From Camelus dromedarius (Eukaryota): 64,000 nucleotides of DNA. The stretch covers positions 102,984,001 through 103,048,000 of the forward strand of contig NC_087472.1 in NCBI RefSeq assembly GCF_036321535.1. Reading direction: 5' to 3'. Below, piece after piece: positions 63,600 through 64,000 of this stretch. Under the pieces are notes generated by a model, which was not told the origin of the DNA, did not search any database, and saw only the letters and a program-made list of their open reading frames with translations. How positions within the stretch are numbered: the stretch's first letter is position 1; each line of letters opens with the position of its first letter. The position numbers were made by a program, and so were the translations under genes.

Positions 63600-64000
63600 A
63601 CTTTCCAGGAAGGTAGACCTTTCCCCAAAATAGTTCTCTGTCCTTACCATCTTGAATCCCTCTCCCCTCATTCTCCCTTAAACCCACTTCAATTACACCT
63701 TTGACCCCAACACTCCATAGAATCTGTTCTCCATAGAAAACAGCTCACTAACGATCTTCACACTCTTGACTTTATGACTGTCTTCTCTTACTCTGTCCTA
63801 GCAGCAACATTTGGCACAGTCTATAATTCCTCCTCCTTAATACCCACTTCTTCACCTGGTTTCCGGGATCCACCCTCTCTTGGTTTTCTTATCTCTCTGG
63901 TTAGACCTTCTCAGTCTCTTTGCTGAGTTCTTCTTCTTTTCCTGTAATGCTCCAGGGCTCAATTCTGGCTCTTTTTCCCTTCCCTATCTGTCACTCCATG
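63600..64000 (+). mobile_element. L2 internal fragment
   Basis: cagcaacatttggcacagt...cctcctccttaa...ttcttcacctggtttccggga...ctctcttggttttct...ccttctcagtctctttgctg, typical of the L2 RT region. Confidence 0.7.

Noticed and set aside
1..64000. CRISPR array, operon or other prokaryotic system
   Set aside because: There is no regularly spaced repeat-spacer array and no gene-dense coding. The sequence is mammalian repeat-rich DNA.

Overview
Mammalian genomic DNA, AT-rich and repeat-dense, most likely intergenic or deep intronic. It is very probably camelid: it carries a tRNA-Ala-derived Vic-1-type SINE and young L1 3' ends. I found no supportable protein-coding exon, RNA gene, CpG island or prokaryotic system. 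Almost all ORFs in the track are chance frames or decayed L1 ORF2. The main gene-like feature is a full-length processed pseudogene of CHCHD2 (minus strand, 202-1054) with a poly(A) tail and a 14-bp TSD. The rest is L1 of several ages, L2, MIR, MaLR/ERV solo LTRs, hAT and Tigger MITEs, and microsatellites. The most interesting signals are fine-scale insertion and repair footprints. (i) A perfect 25-bp inverted copy of DNA from ~900 bp away was inserted into the CHCHD2 retrocopy next to a fold-back hairpin. (ii) A perfect 142-bp non-tandem duplication ends in snap-back hairpins. (iii) There is a twin-primed (5'-inverted) L1, a tail-less internally primed L1 fragment, several probable L1 3' transductions, and two tiny orphan poly(A)-tailed retro-inserts. 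Repeat subfamily names come from recalled consensus similarity and need RepeatMasker/Dfam confirmation. Boundaries of old repeats are approximate.
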